A stretch of DNA of 61,692 nucleotides, filler included, from Sphacelaria rigidula (lineage: Eukaryota): the NCBI GenBank assembly GCA_964200075.2. It is 11 parts of 11 records of this genome, joined end to end, with 100 filler letters (N's around TTAATTAATTAA, not from the genome) between each part and the next. Parts side by side here need not be neighbours in the genome. Positions count along the whole stretch, not along the records: positions 1 to 5,518 come from CAXNAA020026680.1; positions 5,619 to 11,136 come from CAXNAA020026681.1; 9 more parts are not named here. One strand, given 5' to 3'. The notes under the pieces are model-generated. The model did not search any database and had not been told where the DNA came from. It saw only the letters and a program-made list of their open reading frames with translations. The translations under genes and the position numbers were made by a program. Numbering within the stretch: the first letter of the stretch is position 1; every line of letters begins with the position of its first letter. Below, in pieces: positions 1-11,236 of the stretch.

Positions 1-417
1 GCCTACGTCTGTGACCCCGGGTTCGCGAGATCGGACTAATGTGCGGAAATAACAATAATCACCAAAGTCGGTGGGCTCTTGAAAACCTAGTTGTTGAACC
101 GAAATGGGGTTACATACCGGTCGTGCTCTGGATTTCAAGACCGGATCCGACTTCGCAAACACCCTAGTTTGACGGGCGGGTCGTGATTTCGAATTTTGAA
201 GGAGTCATACGATCCCGAATTTCTCACATCATGCCCAACAATGGAGAGCAACCGAGGAGCGACTATGCCTTGGGCACACAAAGTTCAAAGTTCGACTTCG
301 GTCGATGAGGGAAAGGAACCGCTGCGCCATCCTTCTCGCGAGAGAAGCAAAAGGCAAGCACCGCAGAAGGAAGGTAAAATACCAAACAAAATGAAAAATA
401 GGAAATACACCTGTTTG

Positions 418-500
418 TGTTGACCTTCCTCCTGTATGACCCCCAGCTGATAATCCCACATCTACCGAAAGGGTAGACTGGCCTCCAGAATACATGAGAT
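418..500 (+). repeat. Dispersed repeat, also present inverted at ~50380-50458
   Basis: tgttgaccttcctcctgt(a/g)tgacccc..agctgat...cccacat...ccgaa..gggtagac.ggc..ccagaata matches the reverse complement of the end of contig 9. Confidence 0.75.
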
Positions 501-1789
501 GCACACGCGTCAGACTCAAACACGTTATTTCACTTCTATAGTTTTAGGTCGAACCAAGGGGTACATGAAATACATCATCATTGACCATTCGAATCGAACC
601 GCAACATAGCAGGAACGTAACGTCCGTTCTTGTGGTTTTCGAGAAGACGAAGCGCAACAAAAAATAGCAAGCGTCGGAGCGACCTGCGGTTATCGTGGTT
701 CTACCCTTGTACAGCTGGACTGTTGTACTGCGCTGTACTGTCTGATATACGGCTAGATACTCCAGACGGCATCATCCCGCCACCCCTTCTGCGGCTACCG
801 GGATCACACCTGCTGAATTGCCAGCAGTCTAACAAGCAGGGGGCAGAGGTCTATACCAACGTCGAAGCATCCACCCCACCACCACACGGTGCAGTAAAGA
901 GTAGCGCTGGACCAACGGCGTCACCCACTTGCTCCACCGTCCCATCTTTTCTCAATACGGAGCACAACACGCCTTATTTTCCCGTCCTTCTATTTTGCTC
1001 TCTCTCGTTTCCTCTCTCCCTTGCTCTCTGTTCTGTCTTTGCCTCTTCCACGGGATCACTCTACGGCGTCACTCTGCAGCGTCACTTTACGGCATCACTC
1101 TACCCCATCACTCCACAGCATCAATCCACCGCATCATCGCACCAAAACAGCAGCATCGCAGCCCTGTATCACAGTTGGAGGAAAGATTACCATCAACACT
1201 GTAATGTCTCGGAAATCTTCCTCGTCGGGGCCTCATGGGGGACGCATGCTAAACCCGTCGGTCGAGCCAAAGGCACGACGCGAGTCGGCGCAAGCGCGGA
1301 GAGACTCGGAAGGAAGGCAGCGGCGGAAAACCGCAGGAAGCGAGCGTCGGTCCTCTGGAGGCGATCGCGATGATTCTACGAGGGCGAAGGCTGCTGCGAA
1401 TGCTGTAGGCGGCGGTGGGCTAGCGGGTACTACGAGGAGTGCTTCGGCCTCGTCAACTAGTGTCAGTGCCCAGGAGGCGCGCGATCAACGGAGGAGCATC
1501 GGACTTATGGTGGGTCCGTGTTTCCTACGGTACAGTAGTTTATGGGAAAATTGTTCCGTGACGGAAGAGGATTCACAGTGCCATCACAGACTACGTCTCC
1601 ACATCATCAGTCGTTTGGGGCAGCATATCGTATTGTTGCCTCTGCTCGGGAGGAAAGCCATCAATGGAGGGGTATCAGCTGGTCCGTACTGGTAGGTGAC
1701 TTCGCGTCAATTCCCGTTCTTGTACTTCACTGCCCTGTACTCTACTCAGTAAGAACTTTGTTGTTGTGTGGGGGCAAGACACGATCACG

Positions 1790-3480
1790 CTGTAGCTTGC
1801 AATCGTGGAGAGCAGTGCCACGTATGCTAGGGACTTACACGGCCATCCCCGTTCCATTGTTTCAGCGACAACAAGCAGGTAGCGGAACTTTATCAGATCT
1901 TCGTAATATGGTATCAGCCGCGCGCGGGTGCCCAAAGCGAGGTCATCAACGTACACGCGGGTCGACCTGACTGCATCTCGCTTCACAAGTGACGGACACT
2001 TGTAGCAGGCGATCGCGTAGAACACACCGTGTTCGTCAGTTCCTTGATCTTGATTTTCTCAAGTAACTAGATTCTGCACTACCAAACTATCCTGATTTGG
2101 AAAATTGAATGTTCGTCTATCCTTCCACATAAGTTGCTACGGTATAGGCTCAAGAGCCGTGCCTGCGCATTTCCTAGGTGTCGAGCACGACGATTCATGT
2201 AGGGTACTGTACTTGATCGCATAACGTAGTACAGTGGCCTCGATCGGACGGCCATGCTGGTGTCGTGATGGGTTGCCAGCATGACGAGTCATTCTTCAGC
2301 ATGCAGGTAGGTTACTTATTGACAAAACGTAGTGGTGGTTGAAGCTCTTGAAAATGGGGCGTGTGTTGAGTATACCTTGGTGTTCGGCGAAGTGGCAGCA
2401 ACGATTGTCCCGTCACTCACACGCACCAGCCGTATGGGTACAGACCACCGGGATATGGAAGCCTGCACCAAACCGACGGCACTAACTGTCCAGTCGCTCA
2501 TGTAGTACCCATTGTATGCGTTCAGGCCACAGGCAAGCTCACAACATCGACTAATATTGAATCCATAGCACCGCAAAAATCTGTGTCGAGGCATTATCAG
2601 CAACTTTCACGTGTACAAAGGCACGTGGGTGCACACACCGTTGTTGGAGTAACATAGTCGGACGCAAACTCCGGTAAGCCGGGACAGAGTCTGGTTACAC
2701 TGAGAAAAGGGGCGGAAGGGCTCACACATAACCCGTCGACCCGTACGTCACACGGCAGCTCCAAACGTAAGAACCCCCGATGGCAGATACCCGTGCCAAT
2801 ATATGTACAAGGGTATTATATTGTACCCCTGAGGCCGTTCACCAACCTGGAGATCAACTGCTCACCATGACGGCCCACCGAGAGGTAGACCAGGATAGCC
2901 GCAGGTACACTCGGGCCTGCAATCGCCCATTGTCCGTGGCGTCGTATTGGGCAAGTGCCACAACGACTGACTGCTTCATTCCGCATAGTGATGAATGTCT
3001 TAATCGCGCGAGCACCCCGAAGCTATAAGCTATTCCGCTCGGTTTTGCGGGATTCATTTTTTCCCTAGCAGCCAACGACACCCTGTCGAGTACATTACGC
3101 GTACATGAAACAGATGCGCGAGTGCGCACGTCACCGGTGGCACACTCATCACAGCCTTGACTTTGATAACGGAGGGACGCTCCGGTGAAATGACACTGGA
3201 GCATGTGTAGAACATCTGAGTTATTGTGACTGTACTTGATGATGGCCTATTGATCATCACTTTTCGCGTGCGAGCAGAGAATGAGCGTGACGGACCAACT
3301 TCGCGAGGGCCTCGTACACGCCCTAGAGAACGTCGCTCGGGACGTGAGCATGGCTAATAAAGACGCCGATGGACTAGAAAGGCTGCAGGATATCATGACG
3401 GAAGCCAAGGAGAAGGCAAGCTCTTCAATTCACACGAATCAGCAGGGAAGCGATGGGTTCTCTGAAACGACTTCAGGATG
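1790..3480 (+). pseudogene. Highly decayed Mutator-like (MULE/FAR1-type) transposase
   Basis: Manual + strand translation across stops and frameshifts gives DLHGHPRFHCFSDNKQVAELYQIFVIW...EVINVHA...RTLVAGDRVEHTVFVSSLI (~1830-2050). Later come a CxWH-like relic (~2302), GKLTTSTNIES (~2532), YCTPEAV (~2819) and a helical tail (3281-3480). The order matches MULE/FAR1 motifs, but the catalytic residues are degraded; matched by eye only. Confidence 0.45.
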
Positions 3481-3482
3481 CA

Positions 3483-3965
3483 ATAGACCGTTTTTTACGG
3501 GGACAAATCTGTACACGCACAAGCCTAAGGATTTCAGCCCGTCTGCGGGTGATTTCTGCTGTGGATTGATTTTTCAGACCCCAGTCCGTTGGGCAGTGTG
3601 TTTCAGGTAGCTGTGAGGGATCCAGATAAACTCTCCGATTCTCTGGACGTTGACATTTGGCATGCCACTTTTCTGCTCAAATAGAGGCACTCCCGATTAT
3701 GTGTGCGCAAGGGACAGATTTGTGCCGCACATCTGTTTTTTTGTACACGCATGTTCGGGCGTGCCTCGATTTGAGCAGAAAGGTGACATACCAAAAGTGA
3801 ATGTTCAGAAAATCGGAAAATTGATTTGATTTTCTCACAGGTAGCCGAGAAGTATTTTGCCCCACGTACGGGGGTCCGAAAAATCATTCCACGGAAGAAA
3901 ATCGCCCGCAGAGGGGCTAAATCCTCTGATTTGTACAAGTCCAAATTTTGGCTCCATAAAAATGA
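3483..3965. mobile_element. MITE with long (~180 bp) diverged inverted repeats; same family as 28203-28700
   Basis: aggatttcagcccgtctgcgggtgatttc...gaccccagtccg...agctgtgag (3528-3620) is mirrored in reverse at 3800-3960. Confidence 0.75.
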
Positions 3966-5518
3966 TCTTCATCCATCTCTGTTTTGAAACTTGGGAGCCG
4001 ATAGTAACGTGTATGTCGTTCTTTCTGTAGCTAGGATGGATGGCGCGAGTGTTCAATGGCGGAACTTCTGCTGTAAATGCCACACTACTCCGATAGCTAC
4101 TGACGAGCTAAAGTTCTTTTTCAGCTGGAAGTCAGGAATGGCTATCAGGGATCAGCTGATATCATTACTACGATACATTTGAGTATCCATGTCACATAAG
4201 ATGACTTGTTGATTTTCTGAAGCTGCTGCAGTAGTGTCGGTACAAGTGTCTCCTTCCTATAGAGTTGACGACTGGGAATTCCTACTAAATTGTGCGTCTC
4301 AAGATAGCGGAATCGTAACCTTCTTCTATGGTCTTGCTTCTTGGGCGCCCCCCCCCCATGAATTCCGAACAAGGAACGGCCTAAATGTTTCTTGAGTCTG
4401 ATACCAGTTCTTGGCGTGGCGTCCATGTAGGGTCATTCTGTCTGGTTCCTTATTTTCATTTGGTTCTGACTTTCTTCAATAGAGAGTTTCCGCATACCGA
4501 CTTTGGGCACGTGTATCTCGTGATCCCGTGTAGTTCGGAGCGGACCAGTCAGTGTTCAAGAGTTAATCAATGAATCGACCGATGGATCTATTGCATCAAT
4601 CACCTATCTTTCCAGTGTTTTTGTCCGGCATGTACGGAGTAGGATTTGAGTAGATTATATCCGATTCATCACTCGTAAAGCCATATTATTGTGAAACATC
4701 ACCGATTATCACTCAGGCTCATTCCGCCCCTCACGTACATCCCTCTTCAGAGTTAACAAGTATCCACCTTGTCTCCCGCGTCTTAAGGACCCAAAGTCAC
4801 GGTGCTGGCACGGCGGTGGGAACCACATGTAGTGCCCAAGGAGCAAACCAGCAAGCCAGGCAAACACGGTCTCTGCAAACTTTCACGGTTCGCCCCGTGT
4901 ATGTAGCATTTCTTATTCTGAAGTAATTTCACCCCAACACTGTACACAGTATGACAGCGACCTGAAGCGAAACACTCAAGAAGCTGTCCACCGTGCGCTT
5001 CGTTTGGGGTCCGATCTCGCCAGGGATTCGGCGTGAGTAAACTATTTCATTTCTTTTTGCTGTCCGAGACCAGCAATAGGGCAGATGCTGCTTCCGTCAC
5101 ACGAGGACCGGTAGAAGCTGATACTGAGTCGAGCATGCCTCCTTTAGCTCTCACCCGGCAAGATTCACTGGGGGATGCCATGGTCGCTGCTGGAACCAGC
5201 GCAGATATTGAGGTACGACACAGCGATTTTTTTCATTTCCTTTTTTTATTTTCATGAAACTGATGTTGCTACGTTTTGCACAATTAATTCTTCATCAAGT
5301 TGGCTGGTTTCATGATGAAGCATCACTCCACAGCGGTGAAATATCTAGCTTTGATACAGGGTACGTCTGGGAACGATGTCGGTGCTCGTTAGGAAAACCT
5401 CCACCAGTTTTAACGATGGCAGGTACGAGGTGAGACATGAACGAAAGGCAAAACGATCATGGATTACCCCCCCACCCCACCCCCCCCCCCCCCCCCCCCC
5501 ACCCCCCCCCACCCCACC

Positions 5519-5618
5519 NNNNNNNNNNNNNNNNNNNNNNNNNNNNNNNNNNNNNNNNNNNNTTAATTAATTAANNNNNNNNNNNNNNNNNNNNNNNNNN
5601 NNNNNNNNNNNNNNNNNN
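5519..5618. other. Artificial contig linker (N44-TTAATTAATTAA-N44)
   Basis: 100-bp spacer with a six-frame stop palindrome, identical at 10 positions. Confidence 0.99.
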
Positions 5619-5890
5619 ACTGGGTACTTTCCTCGAGGGAGGTCATGCTCACCGTGTAAGGTTCAAGGACGGCTTGCATAACACAAGGTCTTACTCACAC
5701 CGGGATGTCCCGTACATCACTTCTTCCCACCTCTTGTATACGGTGCACGATGGGTCGCTACTCCACTGATACTTCCGAAGCTTGGCGAACGATTCCCCCT
5801 CACTTTGCACCAGCTTCTATCCTTCAAGATCTGAAGAAGTCTACGTACCGCTTGGTGCTCCTTCTCGTAGGTCATGTGGTCGGTCATCGG
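5619..5890 (-). pseudogene. Decayed EsV-1-7-like cysteine-rich repeat fragment
   Basis: Minus strand reads WCKVRGNRSPSFGSISGVATH, then in another frame EVMYGTSRCE*DL..KPSLNL. This resembles the C-x-GC-x-PSFG-x-G-x-C-x-H repeat, with stops and frameshifts; runs off the contig. Confidence 0.3.
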
Positions 5891-7186
5891 TAAGGTGTTT
5901 ATTTCATGAGTGCAGTAGGCCTTGACATTTATGTCATGCATTGTCCACCCCTTCCCTTCATTGAGCACCTTTTGCAGCTAATGTCGGAAATTTCAGGAAA
6001 ATGGCTGACCAGACTTCCACCGCCCAATGGAAACCGGTAAGGTTTTACGGGTATCTCGCCACGAGAACCCAACCTCTATGTGATTTTAACATGTCGGGGG
6101 TGATGACCCTACTCTATCCGTACCTAGCGAGTGGGGAGGGGCGGGGGGATTCCACGATCACAGTTGTGAGTACGTGCCAACGGAGGTGATTTGCGGTGCT
6201 GCAAGATGATTTACACACACATGAAGAGAGAGTTGGGGAGAGGAAGATTCAGGTCCAACTAGCTGTACTACGTCGTACTATAGCAGAAGGATATCATGCT
6301 ATCATCGCTAGAAGTTAATCCACAAAAACATCAAGGACGCGGAATCGTACCGCGGCTTTTGCGCTCCCTCTCTTCCCCTCTCTCCCTGTCCTCTATATGA
6401 ATCAGGGCACGTGGGTCTTTGAAAAAGGTTGCGAATATTACCGCGACATGCGCGCCCGCGTTTAGTAGTCTCCAATTCCTAAATTATTGTTTTATTACTC
6501 AGACAGGGGTGGGTGGGTATACTTATATGCCATAGTCATACGACCAATGACCTCGCATCCCTACTATGCTGCGATAAGGGGGGGGGGCTCGCTTCCACGA
6601 AAAAATGGGCTCATAGGTGCGTCAGACGACCCAACACACCTGCGGTGCTCTTGTATTCGGGTAAAATCGATGTCAAACAGTATGAGTGAGCGCTACAAAT
6701 CGGAAGCAAACGCGTTCGAACTACTATTGCTGCTATAAACGACCATTGCGAGTAGATTTTCGTGGAAGGAAACGGCCCCAAATACCCCCCCCCCTCCCTC
6801 TGTCGTAGCATGATTCTGGTATCAGGATTGATGTTCGCGGACGATTGTGTGGGGATCTCAGGAACACCAGAAGGATTGAAGAAACAAACAAACTAGGCGC
6901 TATGATACACTTACGATTGGAGAGTGATAGCAAACGTCTACAAAGGCGCGACACTCGCCTGTAACGAAGAGAAGAAAAGTCCGGCAGAGTTCAAATGGAA
7001 GTGAGGAGAAGAGGAACTGCCGATCGTAGACCAGTATGCATACCTTCGCGTAGAGATCTAAGAAAATTGTTCTTGGGATGCACACACAGATAAATTAATA
7101 GAAAAATATATATGACACACATAGGCGGGATGGACGTGATCCTCAGAGACTCGCACCTAGATATTAGGATTGAGATTGGTATCCTG

Positions 7187-7440
7187 GACACTTTCTACGA
7201 TAGCCGCCCCCCCAAAAGTGTATGGTTTGGTGAGGCAAAATGTTCACGTAAATCGAAATGGAAAAAGCCGAGCACAACGAGCAGCTGGGAATTCCCACTC
7301 TTGGGTCCGTTCTCGCCAATGTCGCCAAAACGAGGCGCTTCATGCACCCTGAACCCAAACATCAGGGGCTGTAGGACCATTTTCGTGACACATTTTTGGG
7401 CTGTTTTTTTTGGGCGGGGAGAGGTATCGTAGAAAGTGTC
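7187..7440 (+). mobile_element. 254-bp MITE, 16-bp perfect TIR, 4-bp TSD (CCTG)
   Basis: TIR gacactttctacgata / tatcgtagaaagtgtc, with cctg at 7183-7186 and 7441-7444. The insert is absent from the homologous LINE copy in contig 9. Confidence 0.9.
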
Positions 7441-8168
7441 CCTGATGAACCTGATTACACCAACAATGCGGGAATATGCGGGAGAGGTATGAGAGGAGAA
7501 CGTGAAGTTGGAGAAGAAGTTGGAAACAGTACAGGTGGCAGCAGCTGAATAAGTACTTGGGTGCTCGAAAACGACGAGTAATGCAGCATTGAGAGCGGAG
7601 TTCGGAATGTGCCCACTTAAAACAAACAAGGGCATGAGGAAATTGAGATGACTATACAGCGTAAAGAACATGCCGAGGAAGAGATTGCCAGCGAGCTATA
7701 GTTGGTAGGGCTGTGTAGAAGAAAGTTACGAAAGGACAGGCTGGAATAAGGTGGGATAGAGAAGTCGAGAAGGTAGGGAAGGAGATAAGAGGAAACCAAG
7801 ACGCAATACTGTCCAAAAGTGAAGGCGCGGGGTACAAGGCAAAATTAAAAGTAAGAGACATGATAGAAATAAGGGGAAAATAAGCGCTCTATACTAAAAT
7901 AATAACCAGTAGTCGAGTGGGAGAGGAAGTACATGCACAGAAATGTTCCCCCCTGTGGCAATGCAATAGAGAGCAGAACTCATACTGTGTTGCAGAACAT
8001 AAATTATACAAGGAGGAACGGGACGTACTAGAGGGGGGAATTAGGGACGTGAATGAAGGAAACATGAAATCGTTTGATGCATTAGACAGTAGTGTAGCGA
8101 GAGACCGACGGCTAGAGCTCTATACTACGAGATACATTGGCCAAAGACGGCGAAACAGGACGGGATTA

Positions 8169-9857
8169 CGAACTGGGCCAGCCTAGACGCGGATTGAATA
8201 TTTATGCTCTCAAAGCAATATCTTATCGACACAGACGAGTGGGCCGTGATCCGCGCATCGCATTGATCGTCTGATCAAGAGGAAGGTGCCCATCTGCTCA
8301 AAACCTGGGTCATGTTTCTTCTCGTTGAATGAACCCCACATGTGTAGTAATTCCCATGCCGTACGGATATAGCGTCTATACTAAAGTCTATATGAAAACC
8401 CCAACGATACATACAGCGGGTGATGTCGATTTTTGGTGCAGACATTCCCTGGAGCACGGGGAAACGATCGATACCCTCACCTTCGCCTAATTCGTCTTTT
8501 ATCCCAAGACATGGCGCACGTTGATGAGAAGGTTTGATAATCGAAAAATTATTTTACGAGCAGAGGCACCAAATGCATTAAATCTGGATATCGAGGCTCA
8601 GTTTTTGAGAGTTAGTTGTGCTTTCAAACTTCGCATCGAGAATCGCTTGTGCACTAAAAAAACAAAAAATTCCCTTGTTTTTTCCGTTTTTGTAGGGGAG
8701 TTTCAAGGGAAGATGGACGATGCTCACAGAATATACACTTTTTACGATAGCCCCCCCCCAAAAAAAAAACAGCCCAAAAGTGGCACGAAAAAAGTGGCCA
8801 TACAGCGCCTGCATGAAGCGCCTCATATTGGCGACATTGGCTAGAACAAACCCAAGAGTGGGAATTCCCAGCTTCTCGTTGTGCTCGGCTTTTCCCATTT
8901 CGATTTACGCGGAGATTTTGCCTCCAAAAACCATGCACTTTTTTGGGGGGGGCTATCGTGGAAAGTGTCACCTCGTCTCAATTTTTCAGCTCAATTTTTA
9001 GAGTTGTGATTTGAAACTCATCATTGAGAATCGCAAAGGCATGTCGAAGAAGAAACACGAGCCTTCATCCTTTTTTTGGAGGAGGTTGGGCGCTCTCGTG
9101 AATACATGGTCTTTACTGTAGTAAAAGGTCTCAAAAAGTGAAGAAAAAAAACTAATACCAGAAATCAACCTTTCCCACTTCGTTTCGAGTGATTATGGCC
9201 TGGCGAGGTCCCACACAAAGTTTCAAAATACAACTACCAAACCCTGGCCGGTAAATGGTCTGGAAAATGTTCCGAATTTCGCCCGGCCCAGTTTCTAAAT
9301 CGCCTCGACTCACCTCAATTTTGAGAGCTGGACTTTCAAATTTGGTACGGAGGAAGAGCAATGCTACGGTAGGGTTGCACTTTTTTTGCCCAAAATCTTG
9401 TCTGGTTCACGGGCTCCTAACAAATCACAAGAATATGGGTCAGGGCATCCCCGTTTGCAAATTAGATCGAGATATCCCTAGCACATTGGAATAGTAATTC
9501 TGGCGTACTCTCATACATTTCTTAAGTCGTGTTTTGGATCAGATAAAAGGCTCCTAACAATTCTAACCTCGGAAAATATTTGGGCACCCCTACCGTTGCA
9601 TCCCTCGGAAGAATGGGGTATACTCAAAATATTTTTCGGGACACAGGTTATTCTTTCGTGGGTTAACAACGTTTTTCTGAAAACTATGTACTGACTATTG
9701 CCATTAATCAACAAAGAGAAAAACACTCACTATCCCCAAGAAATATTTTCTACAGTGGTATGCCCCATCCTTCCTCCGTACCAGGTTTGAAAGTCCAACT
9801 CTCAAATTGAGGTGAGGCCGCAAACCACAAATTCGCGTCTAGGCCAGCCCAGCTCCG
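8169..9857. mobile_element. Non-autonomous Tc1/mariner-like element (TA TSD, CGAGCTGGGCCAGC-type TIR) inserted in the LINE
   Basis: ta|cgaactgggccagcct ... aggccagcccagctccg|ta. The LINE sequence resumes on both sides (acgggat-ta-agatatg). Confidence 0.75.
8734..8969 (-). mobile_element. Second copy of the 254-bp MITE family, inverted, nested in the Tc1/mariner-like element
   Basis: Reverse-complement match to 7187-7440 (gggaattccca, gtgctcggctttt, tatcgtggaaagtgtc); TSD not preserved. Confidence 0.85.
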
Positions 9858-11029
9858 TAAGATATGCAAAAAGGTTTTCGTGCACTGTATAAAAGAAACG
9901 TGGTGAGCAACTAAATGTTGGAGGTATCCCTGTTAGGAGTAGGAACGGCGCTCCGTCTCGAAAGGGATGCATGGTCAACGGTCAAACGACTAAGGCACGC
10001 AACAGAACGAGTAACCCCCCCCCAAGATTCAGTGGAGGTAACTCAACACTGAGATCATGGGTACTTGAAATATCTCAATGCTCAATATTGAGTTTCAGCG
10101 CGACCAGTAACATCTTGGGCTTCATTCAGTACGGGAATTGACGGGGTCGGTTTTAGTGCAGCGTAAGTAGCGGCTTTGATTCAGCATGCACCCCGCTTGC
10201 CTCCGCAACTATGTACTGTAGGCGTAGTAGGTGCGACACAATGTTTTCAAGGGTGGGGCTCCAAACTCATTCCTGCAGACAACCACGTCTGAGTCGCACA
10301 TTACCACAAGACAAGCGAGTATACATACAGTAACATCATCACCAACATGATCCTATTTTTTTATTCATAGACAGGACGGTACTCCAACAGGTCGACCGGG
10401 CGGAACTTAAACTGTACTGCACCCCGCATTCAACCTTAAGCTGTACTAAAAAACTTGCGTAACCGTTCTCACTTCACACACACGTGCCCAAGCTCCCCCA
10501 CATCAATCTGTGAATTCTACAAGTGTTCAACTGCGTATCACAACGAATCACTTGTAGTTTCATGTAACTGTCGATAATCGAGATACCCGCAAAATGACGG
10601 GGGTGCCCGCAGTACATAGACGCATGGACGTCGCTACAAATATCGCGAGTCTCCGATATCCGATAGGTCACTATCCAGACTCGCTACATCACAACCGCAC
10701 CCAGCAGACATATCAGCCATCGTACTTTAACGCAGTATAAACGCCGTTGCGTGAAGCGATCGCATCGGGTTCGTTGTATGCTGCCCCGAGCGGGACAGCA
10801 TCTAATACTGCGTACGCATAGTTTTACTCACCATGCACCGCAGTGCTGTACATCAGTGTACACCTTTCCGAAACACCAGAGCGACTTCACTTGGAAGAAG
10901 AGAAAAAAATGTGCGAAACAAAAAATGTGTGATAGACGTGCCCATGGGGTGGTACTGGTTTGGCGCTATTGACATCCAAGAGGGAGAATTGCCATAACAC
11001 GGTTTTAATTCAATGGTCCACCCCCAACT

Positions 11030-11075
11030 TGGTCAATGGTCAAACGACTAAGGCAAGCAACAAATGAGTACGCTC
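11030..11075 (+). mobile_element. Very short 3'-terminal LINE fragment
   Basis: ggtcaatggtcaaacgactaaggcaagcaacaaatgagtacgc followed by a C-rich tract. Confidence 0.75.
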
Positions 11076-11136
11076 CCCCCCCACCCACAACACACCCCCC
11101 GACCACCAACCCCCGCCCCCCCCCCACACCGCCCCC

Positions 11137-11236
11137 NNNNNNNNNNNNNNNNNNNNNNNNNNNNNNNNNNNNNNNNNNNNTTAATTAATTAANNNNNNNN
11201 NNNNNNNNNNNNNNNNNNNNNNNNNNNNNNNNNNNN
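11137..11236. other. Artificial contig linker
   Basis: N44-TTAATTAATTAA-N44. Confidence 0.99.

Larger units (their letters stand above)
6810..10014 (+). mobile_element. 5'-truncated decayed LINE (non-LTR retrotransposon), interrupted by nested DNA elements
   Basis: RT motif GLMFADDCVGISGTPEGL at ~6825. C-terminal segment CSPLWQCNREQNSYCVAEHKLYKEERDVLE at ~7945-8030. The 3' end (ggtcaaacgactaaggc..gcaac..a..gagta) is shared with four other copies, and the copy is collinear with 47221-48574. Confidence 0.85.

Noticed and set aside
1675..2603. Fanzor/TnpB-like reading on the minus strand (NISRCCELACG ... ACYKCPSLVKRD)
   Set aside because: The two Cys pairs are ~180 codons apart and not in one ORF, and no RuvC-I D-x-G or NAAxNI motif is present. 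The same codons read on the + strand fit a MULE transposase better, so this is probably an antisense shadow.
5563..5574. TTAATTAATTAA as a regularly spaced repeat or regulatory palindrome
   Set aside because: It is embedded in N runs and is an assembly linker with stops in all frames.
10130..10150. gggaattgacgggg, resembling a conserved SSU rRNA segment
   Set aside because: Only ~14 nt match and the flanks show no rRNA similarity.
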